DNA from: a virus | Taxonomy: Duplodnaviria; Caudoviricetes | Virus record (IMG/VR): IMGVR_UViG_3300028454_000499 | Location: 1 to 64,000 of that record | DNA: 64,000 nt | Direction: 5' to 3' (one strand) | Shown here: positions 56,045-64,000 of the stretch, in pieces | Position numbering within the stretch: the stretch's first letter is position 1 | Layout: every line of letters starts with the position of its first letter | The notes under the pieces: model-generated | What the model was told of the DNA's origin: nothing | What the model saw: the letters and a program-made list of their open reading frames with translations, nothing else | Database searches by the model: none | Program-made: the position numbers and the translations under genes

Positions 56045-56841
56045 TAGCACTGACCGATTACTGTTCAATGGGCTGCAACCACTGTTTAAGCGATTGCACC
56101 ACAGACGGAAAACACATAACCATAGAACAACTGAAAAAGAACCTGGATTTTGCCTATGACCTAATCGGTCATTCCACCATGCAGTGCATTGTTTTCTCCG
56201 GTGGTGAACCTTTCGAGCACCCAGAAATAAAACAGATTTTAGAGGTAATCACGGCGTATCAAAAAAGATTCCCACAGGTAGGGACTATTATCGCTACTAA
56301 TGGTTATCCGCTGGCACACGACAAAGACCTGTATAACTGGTACAGAGATTTTACAAAAAACCATGCAAGAAATCTTCTCACACAAGTTACCGCAGTTAAG
56401 GAATATTACCCCAAACACCTTATCGAAAAAGATGTGTACTGGCTGAACAAAATAAAAAATTGCTCCGTGGTTGACGAAAAAAGCGAGATAAACCTTTATC
56501 CGCAAGGCCGCGCATTAACCTTGGATTCCCCTCAATGGGACACAAAAGCCCCAAAGTGCGTAAACCTACGCCTTATGTCAAAGCAAACCCAAGAAACGAG
56601 TTTCAAGCACATAGTCAACATGATGCCCGTTGGCAAATACTGTACGCCACGCATCAACATAGATGGCTCTATTTCCCTCGGTGAATCCCGGCTCTGTCCT
56701 CCGATTGGTACAGTTCATGATGACCTGCGCGTTTTAGGCGAAAAGGTCAAGAAGTTTAACTGTAAAGGCTGCTCTATCTCGCTAGAGATTCTAAAAGAAA
56801 CAAACGCACTGGCTTATAATATGATAGCAAGGGTTGACTAA
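56038..56841 (+). CDS. Radical SAM protein
   Basis: CSMGCNHC (CxxxCxxC), FSGGEPF, IATNG; C-terminal Cys cluster. Confidence 0.9.
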   Translation: MLIALTDYCSMGCNHCLSDCTTDGKHITIEQLKKNLDFAYDLIGHSTMQCIVFSGGEPFEHPEIKQILEVITAYQKRFPQVGTIIATNGYPLAHDKDLYNWYRDFTKNHARNLLTQVTAVKEYYPKHLIEKDVYWLNKIKNCSVVDEKSEINLYPQGRALTLDSPQWDTKAPKCVNLRLMSKQTQETSFKHIVNMMPVGKYCTPRINIDGSISLGESRLCPPIGTVHDDLRVLGEKVKKFNCKGCSISLEILKETNALAYNMIARVD

Positions 56842-57299
56842 TGAAATACTTATTCTTAGACATTGACGGCGTGATAAATCCGAATGATAACCGCATTATT
56901 CTTGATTTAGAAAATCAATTAGAAAAAGACGAACCATTTGAGTTCTTAAAACAAATCATTGATTCTACAGGTGCTAAGATTATCTTATCTTCCTCGTGGC
57001 GCATAGGCTATGAACGAGGGGCATGCAAACTTCTATCCCGGCGTTTAGCCGAATGGAACATGACCATAGAAGATATAACCCCGATAAGAAAAGATAGCCG
57101 ACGCGGAAAAGAAATTCAAGACTGGCTTATAGCACATGACTATGATGAAACCACTGATACCTTCGCTATTCTGGATGACGAAGATTTTGATATTGCAGAC
57201 ATCTATCCAGAGCAAATGGTAAAGACCGATGGAAAGATTGGCCTACAGGCAGAACAAGTCGAAAAATGTATTAAGATACTGAATGGAGAAATCAAGTAA
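56841..57299 (+). CDS. HAD-family phosphatase (SAK/RNA-repair-like HAD)
   Basis: FLDIDGV, IILSSSWR, RGKEIQDWL, FAILDD. Confidence 0.88.
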   Translation: MKYLFLDIDGVINPNDNRIILDLENQLEKDEPFEFLKQIIDSTGAKIILSSSWRIGYERGACKLLSRRLAEWNMTIEDITPIRKDSRRGKEIQDWLIAHDYDETTDTFAILDDEDFDIADIYPEQMVKTDGKIGLQAEQVEKCIKILNGEIK

Positions 57300-57311
57300 A
57301 CTGGAGGAATT

Positions 57312-57518
57312 ATGGTGGACCATATCGAAAAAGATAACTGCCAATTATTTAACACTGGCCGCTTCAATGATATTGTGTTAGCCTATCTTGTTGTTGCCAT
57401 GAAAACGGCTGACACGCCACACAGCGAAGCAATGAAGCTGCTTGATACATTTAATCACACCTTAGACAATCTGACCGCAGAAGAAGCTCTGGAGCGTTAC
57501 AGAGGTGGTATCCAATGA
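57312..57518 (+). CDS. Hypothetical protein, 68 aa
   Basis: GGAGG RBS. Confidence 0.75.
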   Translation: MVDHIEKDNCQLFNTGRFNDIVLAYLVVAMKTADTPHSEAMKLLDTFNHTLDNLTAEEALERYRGGIQ

Positions 57519-57832
57519 GCGAAATCGAGTGCCCTTTATGCAGACAAAACATGACCAACGATGGCAGCTATTATGTATGTGAGTGGTGTGGGTATAAACA
57601 GAGAAAAATACAGAGTAAAAGCACATATCCCCTCAAAGAGATAAGGGCTATGTCCAACGCAGAACTGCTCACAACTTACAGAGCACAATGCGAACAGCTA
57701 ATCATAGAATGTAATTCTCGCCGTGGCGAAACCAAGCGCACCACCACCAATGTCGCAAGACTAGAGAAAGAATTAAAGAAACGGCTGGATATTCCGGATG
57801 ATTACATAGTAAGTATGGATGATAGGATATAA
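57515..57832 (+). CDS. Zinc-ribbon protein, 105 aa
   Basis: CPLC...CEWC. Confidence 0.7.
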   Translation: MSEIECPLCRQNMTNDGSYYVCEWCGYKQRKIQSKSTYPLKEIRAMSNAELLTTYRAQCEQLIIECNSRRGETKRTTTNVARLEKELKKRLDIPDDYIVSMDDRI

Positions 57833-57860
57833 AACAGGAGGGTGAAGCCCTCCTGCTATT
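57831..57860. terminator. Terminator-like hairpin at end of early region
   Basis: CAGGAGGG/CCCTCCTG. Confidence 0.6.
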
Positions 57861-57986
57861 ACCTAAAGTGAGCATTTTTGCTCGTAGGATTGGATAAAAT
57901 ATCCCCGAATCGAACAACCCTGTTTTGTAATCGCCAAATTCTAAATAGGTATACATGAATAAACGCCTCATGTAAATACGGGATAT

Positions 57987-58053
57987 AAAAAAATATCCCC
58001 ATTCGGGGATATTTTATCTAATTCTATCCGAACTAGAATGAAAAAGTTGTTAT
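57987..58053 (-). ncRNA. Candidate ~65-nt sRNA
   Basis: TTGAAA-17-TATAAT (58088-58060) followed by an ORF-free stretch and terminator AAAATATCCCC/GGGGATATTTT-T. Confidence 0.45.
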
Positions 58054-58103
58054 ATGGCTATTATACCACATCAGCTTTTGCTTTTCAAATGGAGGGCTAT
58101 AAA

Positions 58104-58205
58104 ATGAGGTCACTATTAGACATGATTATCAACAGTGCCTTTATTGCTTTATTCTTTTGGCTAATCATAATCGTGCTTTTCCTCCTCATTGGCGCATTTT
58201 TTTGA
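58104..58205 (+). CDS. 33-aa hydrophobic peptide (type I toxin-like)
   Basis: MRSLLDMIINSAFIALFFWLIIIVLFLLIGAFF; GGAGG RBS. Confidence 0.55.
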   Translation: MRSLLDMIINSAFIALFFWLIIIVLFLLIGAFF

Positions 58206-58228
58206 CATAATGTACATAAATCCACACA

Positions 58229-58269
58229 AAAATCCCGTAGACACCCCAAATGGCTCTCTACGGGATTTT
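58229..58269. terminator. Bidirectional terminator
   Basis: AAAATCCCGTAGA/TCTACGGGATTTT. Confidence 0.75.
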
Positions 58270-58334
58270 CTTTATCTATGCAACAGTTTATATGCGTAAA
58301 TCGCTTAACGCCCCTCTACGGCGATTCTGGACGT

Positions 58335-58859
58335 TCATTCTTCAACATACTCCGGCAAAACCAACATACTTAGGTCAATCGGGCTTCTAACCGTCTTTAA
58401 TCGTATTCCTTTTTCAGCCCTGCTCTTTTCCGAATCCGAGATTTGTCTGGCAGCATAAACATAGAACCAATCCCCATGCGCCCTATGCGACCAGACCAGC
58501 GGACTATTCCTTAGATTTTTTCCATTGACAAAATGCGTTGATACCAACGCAGCATACATATCCTTAGTTTTAACGTCAAGCCGTATTAGGCCTATCTGAT
58601 AGTCAATTTTTCCCGCAAAAGCATCGCCGCTTTTCCCTGCCATGCCCGACGTATAAATCATCTTTTCCCAGTAATATATACTCTGGATATGACCATCTTT
58701 ATCCCGGTAAATCTGCACAGAATCCGCATCAAAATACTCCAGCGGCAAATCCGTCCTTCCCTCTATTTCCGGCACATGAAACATAACCCAGCTGGCAGCG
58801 TTCCCCACAGGCACGAACAGAGAAAACACCAGAGCCATCAGACACACAATGCGTATCAT
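58335..58859 (-). CDS. Secreted/surface protein, 174 aa
   Basis: Signal peptide ending VGNAA; YFDADSVQI. Confidence 0.7.
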   Translation of the reverse strand: MIRIVCLMALVFSLFVPVGNAASWVMFHVPEIEGRTDLPLEYFDADSVQIYRDKDGHIQSIYYWEKMIYTSGMAGKSGDAFAGKIDYQIGLIRLDVKTKDMYAALVSTHFVNGKNLRNSPLVWSHRAHGDWFYVYAARQISDSEKSRAEKGIRLKTVRSPIDLSMLVLPEYVEE

Positions 58860-59290
58860 TTCTTCTCCTTTATCTGCAACTCATACCCCAGAATATCCAA
58901 CACCGCCTGCAACTCATTGACCTTAAAGGTTTCATGGTTAATCTTATAGGCAAACGTAGGCTGAACATAGGTGGCCCCGGTCCGTTCATTATAAATCCGG
59001 CGCACATCTTCCTTAGTCACTCCATGAGCCTCAAAGATGGATTCAATGACCTCCTTAATCGGTGTCATCGGCAGTTCAACCTTGCCCTTGACAATCACCG
59101 GGACATACCCCAGAATATCACAGACCACCTGCAACTCACTGGCCTTCAAGGTTTCCTTGTTTATCTTATAAGCAAAAGACGGCTGCGTGAAACTTGCCCC
59201 GGTCCTCGCATTATATTCATCAGTAAGCCTCTGTTGCGTAACCTTCCTGGCAGCCATCATCGTCTTTATGGTTTTCTTCACTTCAAACAT
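58856..59290 (-). CDS. Transcription regulator with two tandem HTH domains
   Basis: Internal duplication FTQPSFAYKINKETLK..DILGY / YVQPTFAYKINHETFK..DILGY. Confidence 0.75.
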   Translation of the reverse strand: MFEVKKTIKTMMAARKVTQQRLTDEYNARTGASFTQPSFAYKINKETLKASELQVVCDILGYVPVIVKGKVELPMTPIKEVIESIFEAHGVTKEDVRRIYNERTGATYVQPTFAYKINHETFKVNELQAVLDILGYELQIKEKK

Positions 59291-59325
59291 AACTGTACCT
59301 CATTTCTCTTAATAATTATAACAAA

Positions 59326-59352
59326 GAAACCGCCAAGGATAAACCTCGGCGG
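59326..59352 (-). terminator. Hairpin after the sigma-like gene
   Basis: CCGCC-GAGG/CCTT-GGCGG followed by TTTCTTT on minus strand. Confidence 0.65.
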
Positions 59353-59359
59353 CCTACTT

Positions 59360-59902
59360 TCATTGCTTCCGCTTGCACTTTTCACAATAACTGCAAACGG
59401 TCTTATCGTCCCTAAACCTTTCCGCAAGATACTCCGGGATTTTACATTTCCGCTGAAACTTCATCGCAGCATCCATCGGATACGCCACCTTGACCACGGG
59501 ACTGCCGGCCTCGTAAATCGGCGAATCCGCACGGAGAAGCACATCCAGGCCCTCGGCGTACTTACGAATCGTATTCAGCCGCTTGCTCACAGCTTGATGG
59601 GTAATCCCCATACGCTCCCCGATTTCATCATAAGTCATCCCCTTGGTAACCATCACGATTACCTTCCAGTTATCCTCCGAAAGCTGCTCCCGCAGGCTTA
59701 CCAAGGCTTTCTGCAACGCAGCTTCGCGTTCCTTCTCGATCAGAATATCTGCCGGGTCACGCGGAATCTTCGCATAATCCTCCGGCAAAGGCTTCTTGTT
59801 CTCGCTCCAGTCAAGGAACTCCAGCCGGTTCAAGGTATCCCCAAGAGTTACCCTGCCAGCCGTGAAATCCTCGACAAGCTGACGGAGATAATCAACAGCC
59901 AC
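59360..59902 (-). CDS. Sigma-70 region 4-type HTH protein (sigma factor or late activator)
   Basis: LSEDNWKVIVM..GMTYDEIGERMGITHQAVSKRL. Confidence 0.75.
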   Translation of the reverse strand: MAVDYLRQLVEDFTAGRVTLGDTLNRLEFLDWSENKKPLPEDYAKIPRDPADILIEKEREAALQKALVSLREQLSEDNWKVIVMVTKGMTYDEIGERMGITHQAVSKRLNTIRKYAEGLDVLLRADSPIYEAGSPVVKVAYPMDAAMKFQRKCKIPEYLAERFRDDKTVCSYCEKCKRKQ

Positions 59903-60206
59903 TTGCGATTACCTCCCGCGCATCCCTGGCCTTTTTAATCGTATTCAACTTGTACTCTGACGTAGCAAATCGCATATTATAGCCTACCTTTGAGCCAAAG
60001 AACTGACAGCGGCGCACGATAGAACCATCCGGCAGCACTCTGACCCCCTTATCCTTCTTTCCCAATTCCTCCTTGGCATCCACATAACGGACATCCGCGG
60101 AAATTTTGAGCAGTTCTTCAAGTGTCCTGGTAAGATTGTCCGATTCGATTAACAGACGGTAAAGGTCACCGCTGTTATTCAAATCCACGAGTACAGAGTA
60201 AATCAA
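59892..60206 (-). CDS. Hypothetical protein, 104 aa
   Basis: Coupled between dut and sigma-like gene. Confidence 0.6.
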   Translation of the reverse strand: MIYSVLVDLNNSGDLYRLLIESDNLTRTLEELLKISADVRYVDAKEELGKKDKGVRVLPDGSIVRRCQFFGSKVGYNMRFATSEYKLNTIKKARDAREVIASGC

Positions 60207-60622
60207 ATGCCCGTGCTCCCAAAGCCGCCCCGGTTGGTACTCCCAAGGTCATTACGCACACTGAACTTAACCGCTTTCATCACCGGCACAATACGGAACT
60301 GTGCAATACGGTCACCCTTTTTAATGACCCCATCCTCCATGGCGATTGCCGGGAACTGCCATTCGTCACCATTGCCACAATAAGCATTGTCAATGATTCC
60401 CGTGGAATTCACCAGCAGAACCTTATACTTCTTGAAGGTAGAACTGCGCGGCAGCAGATGCCCTTCATAGCCCTGCGGCAACTTCATGGCCACCCCCAAA
60501 GGAATCATCACAAAGTCACCCTTCTTATATTTCACGGTCATGCCGGCCTTCAAATCCACCCAATCCCCATGACGTTCCGGGAGCGACCCTGGGCGAATCA
60601 CCTTTACTTTGATATTTACCAT
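60203..60622 (-). CDS. dut: Trimeric dUTPase
   Basis: DWVDL, LPRSS, GIIDNAY, RIAQF, RGGFGSTG. Confidence 0.95.
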   Translation of the reverse strand: MVNIKVKVIRPGSLPERHGDWVDLKAGMTVKYKKGDFVMIPLGVAMKLPQGYEGHLLPRSSTFKKYKVLLVNSTGIIDNAYCGNGDEWQFPAIAMEDGVIKKGDRIAQFRIVPVMKAVKFSVRNDLGSTNRGGFGSTGI

Positions 60623-60633
60623 TACCTAACTCC

Positions 60634-60771
60634 TTATTTTTCCTCGAACACCCAAGCCAAAAGCCATGCGACCAAGGAAGTCCAAAACATTGCTCCATAT
60701 ACGTTATCCAACGGCGATATAATCAGAAAAACCATCGCCAGCAGGAAACACCCCTCTTTTATCGGTTTCAT
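60634..60771 (-). CDS. Small membrane protein, 45 aa
   Basis: Manual: MKPIKEGCFLLAMVFLIISP...; ATGA overlap. Confidence 0.55.
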   Translation of the reverse strand: MKPIKEGCFLLAMVFLIISPLDNVYGAMFWTSLVAWLLAWVFEEK

Positions 60772-61382
60772 GCGTTCACCCCCGTAAGCCCCAGTTCTTT
60801 CGCATACGGCAGACCTGCGATAAATTCATCACAGAACCAACGCCACTGCGGCAGCCGATGCGTATGCCGCTGAAAATACATCGTGCGGAGCTGGGCATAA
60901 TTCGTAGAAATCCCCGCCGCAAGGCATATCCCCTCCGGCATATTCGCCTTAACCCGGAGCAGATTTTCCTCCGTAGGATTCAGCGCATAATCATCGACAA
61001 TCCCCTCGAACAGCGCAAGGATTTTCTCGTCCACCAGCCCATCGGCCATACGCTGATAATCCAGTGCCTTGCCCCGGTGCATGGTGCTCTGGGAATTTTT
61101 CGTGGTGAATACCCCGTAGGTATCAAACTGCGCCCAGAAATACCGCGGAGCCAGCAAATCAAAATCCACATGAATCTGCCGCAGGAACTTATCGTCCCCA
61201 TGCCCAATCGGCGAGTGACCAAGATTACTGCCCAGGCGAAGCATATCCTCCACGGTACGCTTATCAAGGGACATATCCTCATTGACCACCGTAGCCATCG
61301 GATAACCGGCACGAATCAGTGCCTCCCGGATGCCGTACACATTCACATTGAACACCTTGAACAACCTGTCATTCATCTGCAT
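60768..61382 (-). CDS. Divergent ThyX/Thy1-like protein
   Basis: KFLRQIHV..APRYFWAQFDTY..NSQSTMH..TNYAQLRTMYFQRHTHRLPQW; between RNR and dut. Confidence 0.65.
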   Translation of the reverse strand: MQMNDRLFKVFNVNVYGIREALIRAGYPMATVVNEDMSLDKRTVEDMLRLGSNLGHSPIGHGDDKFLRQIHVDFDLLAPRYFWAQFDTYGVFTTKNSQSTMHRGKALDYQRMADGLVDEKILALFEGIVDDYALNPTEENLLRVKANMPEGICLAAGISTNYAQLRTMYFQRHTHRLPQWRWFCDEFIAGLPYAKELGLTGVNA

Positions 61383-61534
61383 ATCTGATAATTTCCTTTC
61401 GTACTACACATGAAATTCCATTTTTCATCCTTATGCGGCAGGTATCCTCTGCAACTTCTGCTATTGTTCCTTGGAAGAAATATGGCAGCCTCGTGGTGGG
61501 CAGGATTTCCTTCCACTGAACCTTTGTTCCAACC

Positions 61535-61756
61535 TTATACTTCATGGTTCACCTTGACCACGCCGGATGCGTCCTTCCACTTTTCCGAATCATCCGTGAA
61601 CATAATCTTGACCCTCTGCTTTTCAGCACCGTTCTCGTCAAAATCCCACTTAATCGCTACGATATGCCCTCTATGCGGGTAAACCGTATTGCGAAGTGTC
61701 GGAACAATTACCTCGTCCAACAGAGAAAGCCTGTTGTTAGCCATATCTGTAAACAT
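61535..61756 (-). CDS. Hypothetical protein, 73 aa
   Basis: GGAGG RBS. Confidence 0.6.
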   Translation of the reverse strand: MFTDMANNRLSLLDEVIVPTLRNTVYPHRGHIVAIKWDFDENGAEKQRVKIMFTDDSEKWKDASGVVKVNHEV

Positions 61757-61828
61757 TCTTATCCTCCATACCCTCTTAGAACCATCAGACAGGCCAAAAC
61801 CTGTCCAATAGTCATCCGAGGGAACATA

Positions 61829-64000
61829 CTATTCGCAAGCGTTATATCCGCAGTTATCGCAGGTCCAGCACTTCGCTTCCGGGCGCAGAGTATGCTTATG
61901 ACACTCCGGACACTCACGCAGACCATCGTCCTGCGGCGGTTCATCGGCTGCCATAGGTTCTGCCGGAGCAGCCAGTTTCCGGCCCATGGATAATTCCATC
62001 GCATCAGCAATGGCATTGCTGCATGAGAGCGATACATCCTTCCCCTGCCGGCGAAGCACCTGGCAAGCAGGACACTTATTGGCGCGAAGTTCATCAATGA
62101 TTTTCTTCACCTTCACCCCACTGCGGAGAGCCAAAGAAATGAGCCTTGTAATCGTATTGATATTCGACTTGCAGCCACCGGACGGATTCGTAAAGACCTC
62201 GAACACATGACCGTCCGGCGTTTTATTCGTCGTGACATACATGGAACTTACACAAGAGGTCTGCTCCCGTACCGTAGAACCATCCACAATCTTCACTTCC
62301 CTGCGGCTTTCCTTCGGTTCGATGGTGTCATAATCCGGAGTTACGGGTTCACCCTGCGTTTTATCACTGACCCCAAGGATATTGCCACGCTTGCACCCAT
62401 CACGGAACACCGTAATGCCTTTAAGCCCCTGCTTCCATGCGGTCCTATAGATTTCCTCAATTTCCTCCACCGTAGCCGAGTTCGGCAGATTCACTGTAGA
62501 AGAAATCGCATTATCCACATAATCCTGTAGTACACCTTGGAACGCCACACGCTCCATCGGCGGCACCTCATGGGATTCAATGAGGAACGGAAACCGCTTT
62601 TTCGCTTCTTCCGGGGAAATATCTTCGCACCCATGATATTTCAGCAGGTCAGCCACGCCACGCGCATACACCGTAAAGGTCTTGCCACTGTCCTCCATGG
62701 AATGAGAAGTGCGCTGATAAGCGATTTTATACATCGGCTCGATACCACCGGTAAACCCACCGGCAAACAGAGAAATCGTGCCTGTAGGCGCAATAGAAAG
62801 CAGTGTCCCATTACGCAGCCCCGCAAGTTCAATCAGATGGCGAACTTCGGGGAACGCCTTGATTACCGGAGATTCCAACGTCTTTTCAAGGTCAAACTTC
62901 CGGAACGTCCCCTTCTCGGCAGCCAGCGATGCAGAGGTCATAAGTGCCTGCTGCATGATAATTTCCATAATGTCCGCTGCCACCCATCGCGATTTCTCCG
63001 AACCATAGCGAATTCCCATGGCCACAAAAGCATCGGCAAGACCGAACACACCAAGACCAATACTGCGCCAATCCGCAATGGTTTCCCGGTTCAAATCCAG
63101 CGGCTGCATATCATAGCCATAATCAAGAATTTCATCCAGCATCCGCACGGCAATGTCGGTAACCTCACGCAGATGGTCCTCGTCAACCGCCGCATGGTCA
63201 GTGAACTTATCCTTGATGACGTTGTAAATATTGATGGAACCCAGATTGCAGGAGTTGCCGCCATTACCGAAGAACTCCGCGCAAGGATTCGATACGTCGA
63301 TTTTATACTCCGGATAACCAGAGAGCAGATTGAAACCGCGTACCCGGTCAATAAAGATTGCGCCGGGGTCTCCCCAATCCCACTGCGTTTCACAGAACTC
63401 ACGGAAGAAAGAACGCGCATCAATGGTTTTCTCTATATGCCCCGTTTCCGGGCTGTCATAGGAGAGTTTGAACGGCTGATTTTTCTCCACGGCTTCCATA
63501 AACTCATTCGTGAACTTGATGGAGATATTCATAGAGGACAGCTTGGAGCCATCCTGCTTAATCCGCAGAAATTCCTCAATATCGGGATGGTCACACCGCA
63601 GACCGACCATGAGTGCTGCCCTGCGCCCATTCTGACCAATCGTGCCGCCGGTCACATCAAAGATATTAAGAAAAGACACCGCCCCGGTAGAAGTCATCGC
63701 ACTGTTATTTACCGGAGCATCCTTGGGGCGCAGATTATCAATAGCCAGCCCACAGCCACCGCCATAGGACGAAATACGGGCAATCATCTTCGCCGTATCA
63801 AAGATGGATTCAATATTATCCTCCGGCGTAGGCAGCACATAGCAATTACTCATGCTCACCTTGCGCTCACCCTTATAGCCCGCACCGAACAACGTGCGCC
63901 CGGCAGGGAGGAAATCTGCGTTCTCCAGAACCTTCTTAGCCTTTGGTTTCAGTTCATCGCTGAATATAGAAGCCACACGGTCTATGAACTGCTCCGGCTT
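61829..64000 (-). CDS. nrdJ: Class II (B12-dependent) ribonucleotide reductase with TSCPD-like domain and Zn ribbon; 5' end beyond the right window edge
   Basis: FLPAGR, SNCY, GGGCG, NPCAE, SIAPTGT, NAISSTVNLP, KGITVFRDG; no small-subunit gene downstream. Confidence 0.88.
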   Translation of the reverse strand, partial: KPEQFIDRVASIFSDELKPKAKKVLENADFLPAGRTLFGAGYKGERKVSMSNCYVLPTPEDNIESIFDTAKMIARISSYGGGCGLAIDNLRPKDAPVNNSAMTSTGAVSFLNIFDVTGGTIGQNGRRAALMVGLRCDHPDIEEFLRIKQDGSKLSSMNISIKFTNEFMEAVEKNQPFKLSYDSPETGHIEKTIDARSFFREFCETQWDWGDPGAIFIDRVRGFNLLSGYPEYKIDVSNPCAEFFGNGGNSCNLGSINIYNVIKDKFTDHAAVDEDHLREVTDIAVRMLDEILDYGYDMQPLDLNRETIADWRSIGLGVFGLADAFVAMGIRYGSEKSRWVAADIMEIIMQQALMTSASLAAEKGTFRKFDLEKTLESPVIKAFPEVRHLIELAGLRNGTLLSIAPTGTISLFAGGFTGGIEPMYKIAYQRTSHSMEDSGKTFTVYARGVADLLKYHGCEDISPEEAKKRFPFLIESHEVPPMERVAFQGVLQDYVDNAISSTVNLPNSATVEEIEEIYRTAWKQGLKGITVFRDGCKRGNILGVSDKTQGEPVTPDYDTIEPKESRREVKIVDGSTVREQTSCVSSMYVTTNKTPDGHVFEVFTNPSGGCKSNINTITRLISLALRSGVKVKKIIDELRANKCPACQVLRRQGKDVSLSCSNAIADAMELSMGRKLAAPAEPMAADEPPQDDGLRECPECHKHTLRPEAKCWTCDNCGYNACE

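Larger units (their letters stand above)
1..64000. mobile_element. Tailed bacteriophage (siphovirus-like) genome segment
   Basis: Terminase-portal-capsid-tail-tape measure-lysis order plus phage replication and nucleotide genes; no host genes seen. Confidence 0.97.

Noticed and set aside
61759-62097. 112-aa ORF overlapping the RNR C-terminus
   Set aside because: Alternative frame of the RNR zinc-ribbon region; no support
1-64000. CRISPR array
   Set aside because: No 25-40 bp repeats with unique spacers; the 8-bp arrays have no spacers
1-64000. Stop-codon reassignment or introns/inteins in dnaE, terL and nrdJ
   Set aside because: These genes read continuously in the standard code with normal motif spacing over the parts visible

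Overview
The whole 64 kb window is tailed-phage DNA (siphovirus layout); no host housekeeping, rRNA or canonical tRNA genes were seen. The host is probably a Firmicute, possibly a diderm Negativicute (inference from sigma70-type promoters, GGAGG RBSs, the amidase type and a spanin-like lysis gene). Layout, left to right. (1) 1-4.6 kb, minus strand: DNA polymerase III alpha (runs off the left edge) and a Bro-N operon. (2) 4.7-42.3 kb, minus strand: the late region, read from right to left as MTase, TerS, Bro-N/HNH, TerL, portal, protease/scaffold, capsid, head-tail, major tail, G/GT frameshift chaperones, 2202-aa tape measure, tail tip, two duplicated fibre-LRR-LRR modules and lysis; it is interrupted by accessory transcription units. 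(3) 42.3-44.4 kb: a ~2 kb non-coding divergent control region. (4) 44.4-57.8 kb, plus strand: AT-rich early region with many small ORFs, a tyrosine recombinase, a HaeIII-like RM pair and an ART-like/radical SAM/HAD cluster. (5) 58.3-64 kb, minus strand: regulators, dUTPase, ThyX-like protein and class II RNR (runs off the right edge). The most unexplained signals are seven in-phase 8-bp repeat arrays at gene boundaries, a structured RNA with a tRNA-like domain upstream of the packaging genes, three paralogous ~55-aa ORFs each with its own promoter and terminator, and the duplicated LRR tail modules, one carrying a permuted GH114-like hydrolase. All family assignments come from motif recognition by eye; no database searches were run.
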